Assembly (NCBI GenBank): GCA_047285535.1
Contig: JBJBDC010000001.1
Span: 2,560,136 to 2,624,135, forward strand
DNA from: Synechococcus sp.
Lineage (GTDB): Bacteria; Cyanobacteriota; Cyanobacteriia; PCC-6307; Cyanobiaceae
Direction of reading: 5' to 3'
Length of the DNA: 64,000 nt
The translations under genes and the position numbers were made by a program. Shown piece after piece: positions 39,803 through 49,423 of the stretch. Under the pieces are notes generated by a model. The model worked only from the letters and a program-made list of their open reading frames with translations, was not told where the DNA came from and did no database searches. Every line of letters starts with the position of its first letter. Position 1 is the first letter of the stretch.

Positions 39803-41233
39803 ATGAGCATGCATTCGACCATACGCAACATTTGCTGCATCGGAGCCGGTTATGTGGGTGGCCCCACCATGGCCGTGATCGCCGATCGTTGTCTTGATAT
39901 GCAAGTAACGGTTGTGGATATCAATCAGGCTCGGATTGATGCCTGGAACAACAGCGATCTTTCCAAACTGCCCGTGTATGAACCAGGCCTTGATGCTGTG
40001 GTGGGTCGAGCAAGAGGTAGGAATTTGCATTTTTCGACGGCGGTAGATGAAGCGATATCAGCGGCAGACATGGTGTTCATTTCTGTTAACACACCCACTA
40101 AGACCAGAGGCTTGGGGGCAGGTCAGGCTAGTGATCTCCGCTGGGTGGAAGCCTGCGCCCGCCAGGTGGCCAAATCATCTCAAGGACACACCATCGTGGT
40201 GGAAAAAAGCACCCTGCCTGTGCGAACAGCGGAGGCAGTTAAGGCAATTTTAGCGTCAGCCTCTGAGCCTCGGACCTTTGATGTGCTCTCGAATCCTGAG
40301 TTTTTGGCTGAGGGGACCGCCATGCGCGATCTGGATCATCCTGATCGCGTTTTGATCGGCGGGGACAATTCTGAGGCTATTGACGCTCTTGCAAACATCT
40401 ACCGCCAGTGGGTGCCCGAGGACAAAATCCTTCGAACCAATCTGTGGAGCAGCGAGCTGTCCAAGCTCACGGCCAATGCCTTTCTTGCCCAGAGAATCAG
40501 CTCCATTAATTCTGTTGCTGCTCTCTGTGAGGCTACCGGTGCTGATGTAAAGGAAGTCTCGAGAGCGATTGGCACTGACAGCCGCATTGGTTCAAAATTT
40601 TTGCAGGCAGGACCTGGGTTTGGGGGCAGCTGTTTTCAAAAAGACATTCTCAATCTGGTGTATTTATGCCGTCATTTTGGTCTCCCTGAAGTGGCTGATT
40701 ATTGGGAAAGTGTGGTTTTGTTGAATACCTGGCAGCAGCATCGAATTGCTCGGTTGGTTGTCCAAAAATTGTTTGGTACGGTCACGGGTAAACGACTGGC
40801 AATTTTGGGTTTTGCGTTCAAGGCTGATACCAACGACACGCGAGAAGCTCCTGCGATTCGAATCTGCAGAGACCTTCTCGAAGAAGGCGCCCAACTTGCT
40901 ATTCATGATCCGAAGGTTGATCCAGAGCAGATCAGCCGTGACTTGAAATTGATGGCAAGCCTTGCTCCTGAAGCGGATGCAGGACCAACGCGTGGTGCAC
41001 TTAGTGGAGAAGCTACATGGTGGTCTAGCCCCGATGTCGCTTCCGCGATTAGCGGTGCTGATGCTGTGTTAATCCTTACTGAGTGGCATCATTATCAAGA
41101 ACTTGATTGGCCAGCTCTTGCACCGCTGATGCGTCAACCGGCTTGGGTGTTTGATGCTCGTGGAATGACGGATTCGAATGAAATTGATTCTGCAGGTCTT
41201 AAGTCTTGGCGAGTGGGACAAGGAGACGGTTGA
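39803..41233 (+). CDS. ugd: UDP-glucose 6-dehydrogenase
   Basis: CCIGAGYVGGPT, EKSTLPVRTA, SNPEFLAEG, SKLTANAFLAQRISS, GFGGSCFQKD. Confidence 0.95.
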   Translation: MSMHSTIRNICCIGAGYVGGPTMAVIADRCLDMQVTVVDINQARIDAWNNSDLSKLPVYEPGLDAVVGRARGRNLHFSTAVDEAISAADMVFISVNTPTKTRGLGAGQASDLRWVEACARQVAKSSQGHTIVVEKSTLPVRTAEAVKAILASASEPRTFDVLSNPEFLAEGTAMRDLDHPDRVLIGGDNSEAIDALANIYRQWVPEDKILRTNLWSSELSKLTANAFLAQRISSINSVAALCEATGADVKEVSRAIGTDSRIGSKFLQAGPGFGGSCFQKDILNLVYLCRHFGLPEVADYWESVVLLNTWQQHRIARLVVQKLFGTVTGKRLAILGFAFKADTNDTREAPAIRICRDLLEEGAQLAIHDPKVDPEQISRDLKLMASLAPEADAGPTRGALSGEATWWSSPDVASAISGADAVLILTEWHHYQELDWPALAPLMRQPAWVFDARGMTDSNEIDSAGLKSWRVGQGDG

Positions 41234-41413
41234 GAGATTTCGGCTTCAGTTCCCATGGCATTGGAAGATTCTCTCCATGACGCAAGCTATTGATCGCTTA
41301 ATGGACGCGAGTAGTTGTCAATCTTGTCGCTTATGCAGATTGGGGATTCCCACCGGCAAACCCAGCTCACTGGACTCAAAGGAACTTGGTGTGTTGTGCT
41401 TACATTTTTGAGA

Positions 41414-41920
41414 ATGATCACAACGGTGGTGATTGGCGCCGCCGGCTTAATCAAACGTAAAAGCGTTTCCCATCGAAGCGTTTTTGATGATTCCTGCGAG
41501 TATTTTTTCGTGTGTATTCACCGACTATTGGATTGGCGACAGTGGGATCAACATGGGCTACTTGTTCCCAGAGATGTTGAGCAGCCCATTGCACTGAGTA
41601 GTGTTCAGAGTCATATTTGGTGATGTGACACCAATGACTGGAGCCACATTGTTCGCAAAAAAGTTCTTCAAGCTACTTGTTGCTTAACACAAAGACTGGA
41701 AAGCATTAATCACCAATCGTGAATTCTTAGATGGCATGCCCCGTTGTTGGAGTTCATCGGAACTCAGTAGATGCAAAAAATATTTTTTACCGTTACCTCG
41801 AATGATTTGCTCTTGATGAATAAGGAAACAACCTGCCTGCCTTTGGGTCGGCGTGATCGCCTTGAGTAAGACTTTTTGGCTGTCAAAGGAAGAACTGAAA
41901 GTTGGTTTGAAGTTGTTGCG
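41414..41920 (+). pseudogene. Heavily decayed nucleotide-sugar epimerase (CapI/UDP-glucuronate 4-epimerase-like) relic
   Basis: TVVIGAAGLI at 41414 (cf. VLVTGAAGFIG), ATLFAK at 41643 (cf. APMLFAK), NH..REF and DGMPRCW at about 41708-41750 (cf. FNHG..RDF..EGVLRCC), then LGR. Fragments are in the correct order and directly follow ugd. Confidence 0.5.
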
Positions 41921-42095
41921 AAGATTCTGATTCGAGAGACTATCTGAAATAAATATGATCTAGGGAGTAATGGATCTAATCCTGAGACAAGTAATTGATT
42001 CTAATAAGAATTAAATATTGTTATTAGCTATGACATAAAAATGCCATTTGATTTTAAAGATGGCACTGCAAAACATGGAAAATTTGAGATGAAAT

Positions 42096-42296
42096 CTAAG
42101 CAGAGCCAACACCCGTGTAGGAGCCGTAAAAGAAGAGGCCAACCACAAAAATAACAGCCATGCCTCCAGCTGTTGCAACGAGCCACAAGGGCAAGGTGCC
42201 TTCAGTCCATCGAGACTTCCAGGCAACAGCTGGTCTGCCATCGGGGAGGCGATCAGGTATGCGACCGTCAGGCAGATTTGATTTCTTACCGCTCAT
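42096..42296 (-). CDS. psbJ: Photosystem II protein J
   Basis: [31 protein letters not shown] with the marine-type N-terminal extension. Confidence 0.95.
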   Translation of the reverse strand: MSGKKSNLPDGRIPDRLPDGRPAVAWKSRWTEGTLPLWLVATAGGMAVIFVVGLFFYGSYTGVGSA

Positions 42297-42307
42297 GATT
42301 CAGGCCT

Positions 42308-42427
42308 TCAGTTGAAGAAATAGCTGGAAAAAAGGATGCCTGTTGTGAAAATAAACAACAGGCCCAAGTACAGGCTGGTCCGGTTGAGCTCAACCGGCAA
42401 ATTGTTGGGATTTTGATTGCGCTCCAT
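42308..42427 (-). CDS. psbL: Photosystem II protein L
   Basis: [32 protein letters not shown]. Confidence 0.96.
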   Translation of the reverse strand: MERNQNPNNLPVELNRTSLYLGLLFIFTTGILFSSYFFN

Positions 42428-42446
42428 GGAAGGATTCGTTAGAGGA

Positions 42447-42584
42447 TCAGCGGCGAATGAATTGCATGGCAGCGAGGGCACCCAAGAAAAACACTGTAGG
42501 TACACCCAAGGTGTGCAAAGCGAGCCAGCGCACCGTAAAAATTGGGTAGTTGCGAGGCGTTGATGTGGCGGGAGACTGGGTCAT
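42447..42584 (-). CDS. psbF: Cytochrome b559 beta subunit (below the ORF-track size cutoff)
   Basis: Manual translation: [45 protein letters not shown]. Confidence 0.97.
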   Translation of the reverse strand: MTQSPATSTPRNYPIFTVRWLALHTLGVPTVFFLGALAAMQFIRR

Positions 42585-42587
42585 GGT

Positions 42588-42836
42588 TTATTTCAAGCGC
42601 AGGTCTAGATCAGACTTGCCTTCATAGCGCTGGCTCACAACCGGAGCCTTGCTTTCAGAAGCCTGAAAATAAGCATCTGGCCGAGGTGTTCCAAAGGCGT
42701 CGTAGGCGAGACCTGTGGAAACAAACAGGAACCCTGCCAGGAAAATCGAAGGCAGGGTGATGGCATGAATCACCCAATAGCGAATGCTGGTGATGATCTC
42801 AAAAAACGGGCGTTCCCCGGTGGAGCCGGCAGCCAT
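42588..42836 (-). CDS. psbE: Cytochrome b559 alpha subunit
   Basis: [36 protein letters not shown]. Confidence 0.97.
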   Translation of the reverse strand: MAAGSTGERPFFEIITSIRYWVIHAITLPSIFLAGFLFVSTGLAYDAFGTPRPDAYFQASESKAPVVSQRYEGKSDLDLRLK

Positions 42837-42915
42837 AGCGTTGGGCGTATCAGCTCAATGATCTTAGGGCAGGTGCCCCTAAACTCGCGTTTCTTCCATT
42901 CCACTGGTTACAGAG

Positions 42916-42940
42916 CGTTGTCAGTGCTCGTTGTCAGTGC
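42916..42940. repeat. 12-bp tandem direct repeat CGTTGTCAGTGC x2 (13-bp period) in the ycf48-psbE spacer
   Basis: Exact copies at 42916-42927 and 42929-42940. Confidence 0.7.
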
Positions 42941-42956
42941 AGTGGTCATTGGACTG

Positions 42957-43976
42957 TCAGCTCTTGGCTGACCAGCGCAATAGCTGGCCACGTTCTCCGA
43001 GAAGAAAGGCATGAAGTTGATTGCCACTGTGATCAAACACGAATCGATTGAAATTTGTTGGTGTTTGATCTGCTTCAGGATCTTGTTCCCAGCTTTCGCC
43101 GTTATCACGACTCACTAGCAAGGTTCCATTCCCTCCTCCAGCCCAAATAGCACTGTCATCTGACCAAGCCATATCCATGTAGCCGTAGCCATTGGTGATG
43201 GGAATGATTGGCTTGCTCCAGTTCTCGTTGTCAGTGGAGTCGTTGTTGAAACGGATCTGAGCTCCTCTTGCCACCATCCATAAGCGTCCATCAGGTTGAT
43301 AGCCAATGCTTTGCAAACGCTGGCTGCTCACGCGCTGATGAACCTGCCAAACCTCTTGACCGGGAGTCCATGATGCATAAAAGTTGCCGAGACTGCTGAC
43401 GCTGACGTAGCCGCCATCAGGGCCGCGACGCAAATCGCGAATGGCACCTGCTGCATCGCTCACTTCTGCTTCCCAATTGCCACCTCCGTCACTTGTGCGA
43501 TAGACAGCACCAACATTGGTCGCCAATTCTGCTGTGTTGGGCCCTAGAGCAGTAACTAAATAAGGTTCACCAGGAAGTTTGGTGTCAAGGAATAGCCGAG
43601 TCCAGTTCTTTCCACTGTCTGTGGTGTGCATGAGCAAGCCAGGTTGACCGGCAATCCAGCCATCATCTCCATCGAAGGCGATGCTGATCAGACGAAAATT
43701 CTCCTCTTCCGGTAGGTCAAGACTGCGTTGATTCCAGCTTGCGCCGCCATCATTGGTTTCAAGAATGAGTCTGTTACTGCCAACTAAGAAGCCGTGCGCC
43801 GCATTGGTGAAAGCAACGTCAAGGGGATTGCCCTGAGTCTTGAGGTCGATGGCTTGCCAAGGGCTGGATTGTGCCATCGGAAGCCGAGTGGTAACGCAAC
43901 CACTCAGGCCAAGGCCAAGGCAGGTCACCAATAGAAGGTTGAAGAAAGGTTTAAGGAGTTGCTTCATTGGAATCAA
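42957..43976 (-). CDS. ycf48: PSII assembly lipoprotein Ycf48/HCF136
   Basis: LSGC lipobox, repeated T.DGG..W beta-propeller motifs, VSSLGNFY, RLQSIG. Lies upstream of psbE. Confidence 0.93.
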   Translation of the reverse strand: MIPMKQLLKPFFNLLLVTCLGLGLSGCVTTRLPMAQSSPWQAIDLKTQGNPLDVAFTNAAHGFLVGSNRLILETNDGGASWNQRSLDLPEEENFRLISIAFDGDDGWIAGQPGLLMHTTDSGKNWTRLFLDTKLPGEPYLVTALGPNTAELATNVGAVYRTSDGGGNWEAEVSDAAGAIRDLRRGPDGGYVSVSSLGNFYASWTPGQEVWQVHQRVSSQRLQSIGYQPDGRLWMVARGAQIRFNNDSTDNENWSKPIIPITNGYGYMDMAWSDDSAIWAGGGNGTLLVSRDNGESWEQDPEADQTPTNFNRFVFDHSGNQLHAFLLGERGQLLRWSAKS

Positions 43977-43984
43977 AGGTGGTC

Positions 43985-44404
43985 TCAGCGCAATGAATAG
44001 AGAGAGAGAAAGAAAGCAAAGCCAAGAGCAAGACTGCCAAAAATCAGGACATTTTTTTGGCCAGGAGTGAGGCGATTAACGCCGAGTCCAAAATTGAGAT
44101 TTTCTTCAAAGCCGCTTGCTTTAGAGCGAGGTCCAATGTCTATAAAAGCGCCAACTTTGCTTCGGCAGACAGGGCAACGAAAGCGAATCGCGTCGAGATC
44201 TTCGAATGCCGTGCCATTGACGATCCCCAGCTTTTTAATGCCTTCACTGGGGTCGTAAACGTAGCCGCAGCTACGGCATTCGAATCGGTGGGTCCTTGGG
44301 TCAGATGTCTTTTTTTCTTTTTCGGAGTTTGACTCCGTTAATTCCTCCCCGGGAGGCTTGATCTCGGCGGGCACATCCGCTGATGAACTGATCTCGTCGC
44401 TCAC
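43985..44404 (-). CDS. rubA: Membrane-anchored rubredoxin RubA
   Basis: FECRSCGYVYDP..CPVC, GFEENLNFGLGVN, C-terminal TM. GTG start at 44404 is inferred. Confidence 0.92.
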   Translation of the reverse strand: MSDEISSSADVPAEIKPPGEELTESNSEKEKKTSDPRTHRFECRSCGYVYDPSEGIKKLGIVNGTAFEDLDAIRFRCPVCRSKVGAFIDIGPRSKASGFEENLNFGLGVNRLTPGQKNVLIFGSLALGFAFFLSLYSLR

Positions 44405-44504
44405 CGCTTCACGATTAGGTGCCAAGACTCTATCGGCGTTAGGCCTCTCAACGACAGATGTTGGCTGTGAATGCCAGACTGGGCACAAGATCGGGCCTGC
44501 CTGA

Positions 44505-44867
44505 ATGTTTGTGCTGCCGGGTTATGACGCTTTCCTTGGTTTTCTGCTGATCGCAGCGGCTGTGCCGGTGTTGGCGTTGGTGACCAACAAACTCTTGGCT
44601 CCTGCCAGCCAAAGCGGTGAGCGAGAGCTCACCTATGAGTCCGGCATGGAGCCGATTGGTGGGGCCTGGATTCAATTCAATATTCGCTATTACATGTTTG
44701 CCCTCGTTTTCGTCATCTTCGATGTCGAGACAGTGTTCCTATATCCCTGGGCGGTGGCATTCCATCGCTTGGGATTGCTTGCGTTTATCGAAGCCTTGGT
44801 TTTCATTACCATTCTGCTCGTGGCTTTGGCTTATGCATGGCGCAAAGGCGCCCTCGAATGGAGTTGA
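44505..44867 (+). CDS. ndhC: NDH-1 subunit C
   Basis: [41 protein letters not shown]. Confidence 0.97.
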   Translation: MFVLPGYDAFLGFLLIAAAVPVLALVTNKLLAPASQSGERELTYESGMEPIGGAWIQFNIRYYMFALVFVIFDVETVFLYPWAVAFHRLGLLAFIEALVFITILLVALAYAWRKGALEWS

Positions 44868-44888
44868 TTGTTGACTGATCCCTTCACC

Positions 44889-45650
44889 ATGAATGCAGCT
44901 GACGAAAGACCATCCATCCAGGCCCTTCGTGATCTTCGTGAAGCGAGTTGTGGACCAATAGGAGGTTCCTTAGAGGGCTCTCCCGCTGTGACCAGCGATT
45001 TGAGTGAAAACGTCATCCTGACTAGCCTTGATGACCTGCACAACTGGGCCCGTCTCAGCAGCCTCTGGCCTCTTCTCTATGGAACGGCTTGTTGCTTTAT
45101 TGAATTTGCTGCTTTGCTCGGATCGAGATTTGATTTTGATCGCTTTGGTCTCGTTCCGCGGAGTTCACCCCGTCAAGCTGATCTATTGATTGTTGCTGGC
45201 ACGGTCACCATGAAAATGGCGCCGGCTTTGGTCCGCCTTTATGAGCAGATGCCGGAACCCAAGTACGTCATCGCAATGGGTGCCTGCACCATCACAGGAG
45301 GAATGTTTAGTGCAGACTCGACAACTGCTGTACGCGGTGTCGACAAACTGATTCCGGTAGATCTTTATCTTCCTGGATGTCCACCTCGCCCAGAAGCCAT
45401 TTTTGATGCGGTGATCAAGCTGCGTAAAAAAGTTGGCAATGAGTCAGTCAGTGATCGTCGTCAGCTCAAGCAAATCCACCGTTATTTCACTGTTGAGCAT
45501 TCAATGACTGTGGTGGAGCCAATCGTGACTGGCGCTTACCTCCGTGCAGAAACTCAGGTTGCTGCGCTTGCTCCAGGAGCAGGCATTCCGATCTCTGCTC
45601 CAAGTCAAACTGAATTCGCTGACCCCGTTTCATCTGGTAAGTCTTCATGA
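44889..45650 (+). CDS. ndhK: NDH-1 subunit K
   Basis: [42 protein letters not shown]. Confidence 0.96.
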   Translation: MNAADERPSIQALRDLREASCGPIGGSLEGSPAVTSDLSENVILTSLDDLHNWARLSSLWPLLYGTACCFIEFAALLGSRFDFDRFGLVPRSSPRQADLLIVAGTVTMKMAPALVRLYEQMPEPKYVIAMGACTITGGMFSADSTTAVRGVDKLIPVDLYLPGCPPRPEAIFDAVIKLRKKVGNESVSDRRQLKQIHRYFTVEHSMTVVEPIVTGAYLRAETQVAALAPGAGIPISAPSQTEFADPVSSGKSS

Positions 45651-46198
45651 GTCCCAATCCAGCTGAGAAACCCTCTTCTTCTGAAGTTCCAGTTGCTGCA
45701 AAGCCTCAACCTGGACCCGTCAGCCAGTGGCTTCATGATCAAGGTTTTGACCATGACTCCCTTGAATCTGACCATTTAGGCGTTGAACAAATTGGTGTAG
45801 AGGCCGTTTTTATTCAAGTCATTGCTGCTGCTCTGAAAAGTCATGGTTTCGATTACTTGCAATGCCAGGGCGGCTACGACGAAGGCCCAGGCCAGCAGCT
45901 GGTTTGTTTCTATCACTTGGTTGCGATGGCTGAGCTTATTGACAATCAGAGCGACGCCTTGCGTGAAGTACGCCTCAAAGTGTTCTTATCCAGAGAAGGG
46001 GAACCCTCCCTTCCGAGTCTTTATGGGCTTTTTCGAGGTGCTGATTGGCAAGAGCGAGAAACATTTGACATGTTCGGCATCCGATTTGAAGGACATCCCC
46101 ATCCCAAAAGGCTGCTAATGCCAGAGGATTGGACTGGATGGCCTCTGCGCAAGGATTACGTGCAACCGGACTTTTATGAGATGCAGGATGCTTACTGA
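45647..46198 (+). CDS. ndhJ: NDH-1 subunit J
   Basis: [39 protein letters not shown]. Confidence 0.96.
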   Translation: MSPNPAEKPSSSEVPVAAKPQPGPVSQWLHDQGFDHDSLESDHLGVEQIGVEAVFIQVIAAALKSHGFDYLQCQGGYDEGPGQQLVCFYHLVAMAELIDNQSDALREVRLKVFLSREGEPSLPSLYGLFRGADWQERETFDMFGIRFEGHPHPKRLLMPEDWTGWPLRKDYVQPDFYEMQDAY

Positions 46199-46203
46199 AT
46201 TAA

Positions 46204-47604
46204 TTATGTGTTTTGACTATCTCGCTTATGGCGTCTGTAAAACCGCATGACAGCTAACGCAAGGCTGCGTGGGTCATGTCGCAAGGTTGCGGTTGGCCGG
46301 CTCCCTTGAAGAGGGGCTTGCATGACTTCAAACCCTTCCCTTTGAAGTTGAGTCCTGTCGCAAATCACAGGTTCTGCCCCTCGTTTTCGATAGTGCGCTA
46401 GGAGCGCGGATTCTTGAATGGGTTCCTGAGCGAGCACACAGTCAAATAAACGATTACTAACACCGAGAGAGGCAAGCTGCGCTTCGATGGCGCGTAAATG
46501 ACTACTGACGTCCAACCCATCTGTTTCTCCTGGTTGGGTCATCAGATTGCAGATATAAAGCCGTGGAGCTTTGCTCCGTTGAATGGCGGTGACGAGCTCC
46601 GGTACCAGCAAGTTGGGAAGAAGTGAGGTGTAGAGACTTCCTGGCCCCAGCAAAATGAGATCGGCATGAGCAATCGCTTCCAGGGCCCTTGGCAATGCCG
46701 GAGGCTGTTCTGGCAGACATCCCATGCGAACAATGGGGCTGTGGGCCTTTCCGATGGCGGACTCTCCTTCGATCCGGCTACCGTCTTCGAGCTCAGCCCA
46801 GAGACGAACATCAACATTGGTGGCGGGTACCACCTGACCCTGAACCGCCAGTACGCGGCTTGAAGCTGTGATAGCTGTTTCTAAGCTCCCAGTGATAGCG
46901 CTGAGTGCGGACAAAAAGAGATTTCCAAAGCTGTGTCCTTCCAGGCCATTGCCAGCTGAGAAGCGGTATTGAAAAAGACGAGTCAGAAGCGGTTCTTCTG
47001 TCGACAGTGCGGCAAGACAGTTGCGAATGTCACCAGGAGGAAGCACGCCAAGTTCGCGACGCAATACTCCGCTGCTACCCCCATCGTCGGCAACGGTAAC
47101 GATCGCTGTGATGTGACTGCTGTAACGCTTGAGCCCACTCAGCAAGGTGGATAAGCCTGTCCCACCGCCGATGGCCACAATGTTGGGTCCTCGGTTCAGG
47201 CGACTTTTTGCGCGTAGGGCATCCACTAAAACCGTTTCTTTTTCTGGCGCTAGCGCCTGTTGAATTGAGCCAAAGCTCTGGCTTTGCCCCCAGAGCAGCA
47301 ACCCGATTCCCAGGAGCAGGACAAGAGGACCTGTAATAGCTCCAGGCAGGATTCTTGTGATCCACCGAAGGGATTCCTGAATCGCCCAGAGCATCCAGTA
47401 GATGGGTTGCAAGTCCGCCCAGACTGCGGCCCCAAGAAGGGCCAAAACCAATCCAATCCCTGAGGTTAAAAGCCATCGCTTTACCACCAGTCCAGGTTGC
47501 AACCAGCTCATCGCTCTGCGGGATCGCAGCATTAGTTGGCGCTGCCGATCGGCCTGCATGGCGAGGACGCGCTTACGGTTTCCGCGACGAGGGGGGCTGG
47601 TCAA
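46204..47604 (-). CDS. YvcK/GlmR-family (UPF0052) protein
   Basis: IGGGTGLSTLL, TVADDGGSSG, PPGDIRNC, GHSFGNLFL, GPGSLYTS, NLMTQPGET, LRHD. Confidence 0.92.
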   Translation of the reverse strand: MTSPPRRGNRKRVLAMQADRQRQLMLRSRRAMSWLQPGLVVKRWLLTSGIGLVLALLGAAVWADLQPIYWMLWAIQESLRWITRILPGAITGPLVLLLGIGLLLWGQSQSFGSIQQALAPEKETVLVDALRAKSRLNRGPNIVAIGGGTGLSTLLSGLKRYSSHITAIVTVADDGGSSGVLRRELGVLPPGDIRNCLAALSTEEPLLTRLFQYRFSAGNGLEGHSFGNLFLSALSAITGSLETAITASSRVLAVQGQVVPATNVDVRLWAELEDGSRIEGESAIGKAHSPIVRMGCLPEQPPALPRALEAIAHADLILLGPGSLYTSLLPNLLVPELVTAIQRSKAPRLYICNLMTQPGETDGLDVSSHLRAIEAQLASLGVSNRLFDCVLAQEPIQESALLAHYRKRGAEPVICDRTQLQREGFEVMQAPLQGSRPTATLRHDPRSLALAVMRFYRRHKRDSQNT

Positions 47605-47659
47605 AAGGAATCGGTTGCGATGGCATCAGTTCCATCGGAATGAATGAACTGTACGGAAG

Positions 47660-48526
47660 TTGAACCTGATGGCTATTGTTTTGGTCCAATCCATGCAGGA
47701 TGAATCAACAACTAACCATCACCCTTTAGTGAATACACGGGATTCCTCTCTAAAACCTGTTGTTGAGATGAGAGATCTCACCATGCAGTGGGGCCCCAAT
47801 CCTGTTCTGGATAGGGTCAATCTCTTCATGAAACCAGGTGAGCGAATCGCGGTTGTTGGTCCTTCTGGGGCTGGTAAATCAACGGTTTTACGGCTTTTGG
47901 CCGGTTTGCAACTGGCCTCAGCTGGTGAGCTGAGGTTGTTTGGTGAGCCACAGCCCTATCTGCGCCTTGATCAACGACGACCGCCGGATGTTCGTCTTGT
48001 TTTCCAGAATCCAGCACTGCTGGCTTCTCTGACTGTCGAGGAAAATGTCGGGTTTTTATTGACGCGTTTGGGACGGCTATCCCCTGCCTTGATCAGGGAA
48101 AGGGTGATGGCCTGCCTTGAAGCGGTGGGTCTTGACGATGTGGTGGATAAGTATCCCGGTCAACTCAGTGGTGGTATGCAGAAACGTGTGAGTTTCGCTA
48201 GGGCCTTGATCGATGATCCCGATCGTGATGAAGGAGCGATGCCTCTGTTGCTTTATGACGAACCAACCGCTGGTCTTGATCCCGTGGCCTCCACCAGAAT
48301 CGAAGACTTAATCGTGAAAACCACCACTGTTGCCCGTGGATGTTCCGTGGTTGTGAGTCATGTGCACAGCACAATCGAGCGCTCAGCCGAGAGGATTGTG
48401 ATGCTCTACGGCGGCCGATTTCAGTGGGATGGAACCGTTGAGGAGTACAGAACAACTGAAAACCCCTATGTCGTTCAGTTCAGGACGGGTAACCTGCGCG
48501 GACCTATGCAGCCTGCCGAGCACTAA
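47660..48526 (+). CDS. ABC transporter ATP-binding protein (MlaF/TGD3-like); true start probably further downstream
   Basis: GPSGAGKS, LSGGMQKRV, YDEPTAGLDP. Adjacent to the MlaD gene. Confidence 0.88.
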   Translation: MNLMAIVLVQSMQDESTTNHHPLVNTRDSSLKPVVEMRDLTMQWGPNPVLDRVNLFMKPGERIAVVGPSGAGKSTVLRLLAGLQLASAGELRLFGEPQPYLRLDQRRPPDVRLVFQNPALLASLTVEENVGFLLTRLGRLSPALIRERVMACLEAVGLDDVVDKYPGQLSGGMQKRVSFARALIDDPDRDEGAMPLLLYDEPTAGLDPVASTRIEDLIVKTTTVARGCSVVVSHVHSTIERSAERIVMLYGGRFQWDGTVEEYRTTENPYVVQFRTGNLRGPMQPAEH

Positions 48527-48529
48527 ATC

Positions 48530-49423
48530 ATGCGTCGCAGTGTCCGTGAAGCAATCGTTGGTTTTTCCATTATTGGTGCTGTGGTCGCCTTTGCTGGCAC
48601 CTTGCTTTGGTTGAGAGGAGTGCGGATTGGAGCTAACACCTGGAGGGTGACGGCTGATTTCAAGAATGCTGGAGGATTGGCTATCCGCTCTCCTGTCACG
48701 TACAGGGGAATCATGGTGGGCCAGGTGAGGGCCATCAAAGTGACCCCACAGGCTGTGAAAGTGACCCTGGAGATTTCTAGGGATGGCCTCCAATTGCCTT
48801 TGCCTGTTCGAGCCTCTGTGTCTTCGGAATCCCTATTGGGTGGAGATTCTCAGGTGGCTTTGACCAGTTTTGGGCCACCCCTCAGGGAGGATGCTCCGAC
48901 GCCCAAATCTCCCCTCTGCAAAGGCAACGGTGTCCTTTGTGATGGGGCAACGATTCAGGGTGTCCAGGCACCAAGCATCGCAACGATTACAACGTCTTTC
49001 CAGAAGCTTTTGGATCAGGCAAAGACAGAACAGTTGGTGCCCAAGGTGGTTGGGTCTACGAAACAATTCGATAGCACGTTGCAGGACATTGAGAAGCTCG
49101 CAGAACAACTGAGATTTGATTTGGCAAGGGCCGCGCCCACCATCGCAAATCTCAATGAAGCTACCGCTCAAGCGGCAAGTGCGAGTCGGCATATCAATAA
49201 TCTGGTGAGTGCCTTTGACACACCCACCACCATTACGAATCTCAACGAAACCGTTAGCAATGCCCGGTCTTTGACGGAAACGTTCGATGCCGTGGGTGGT
49301 GATGTGGAAAAACTTACGGCAGATCCCCAGTTCATGGCCGCCGTTCGGAGCGTCACGATTGGATTGGGGCAGTTTTTCCACGAGCTCTATCCAGCTCGTA
49401 CCCCAGATGTGGCTAAGCCCTAA
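48530..49423 (+). CDS. MlaD/MCE-domain protein (Ycf22/TGD2-like)
   Basis: [35 protein letters not shown], coiled-coil C-terminus. Confidence 0.88.
   Translation: MRRSVREAIVGFSIIGAVVAFAGTLLWLRGVRIGANTWRVTADFKNAGGLAIRSPVTYRGIMVGQVRAIKVTPQAVKVTLEISRDGLQLPLPVRASVSSESLLGGDSQVALTSFGPPLREDAPTPKSPLCKGNGVLCDGATIQGVQAPSIATITTSFQKLLDQAKTEQLVPKVVGSTKQFDSTLQDIEKLAEQLRFDLARAAPTIANLNEATAQAASASRHINNLVSAFDTPTTITNLNETVSNARSLTETFDAVGGDVEKLTADPQFMAAVRSVTIGLGQFFHELYPARTPDVAKP

Noticed and set aside
41315..41623. 102-aa ORF as a functional gene
   Set aside because: Better explained as a chance frame through the epimerase relic.
42200..42296. PsbJ N-terminal extension with an LPDGR repeat
   Set aside because: Typical of marine picocyanobacterial PsbJ, so not novel.
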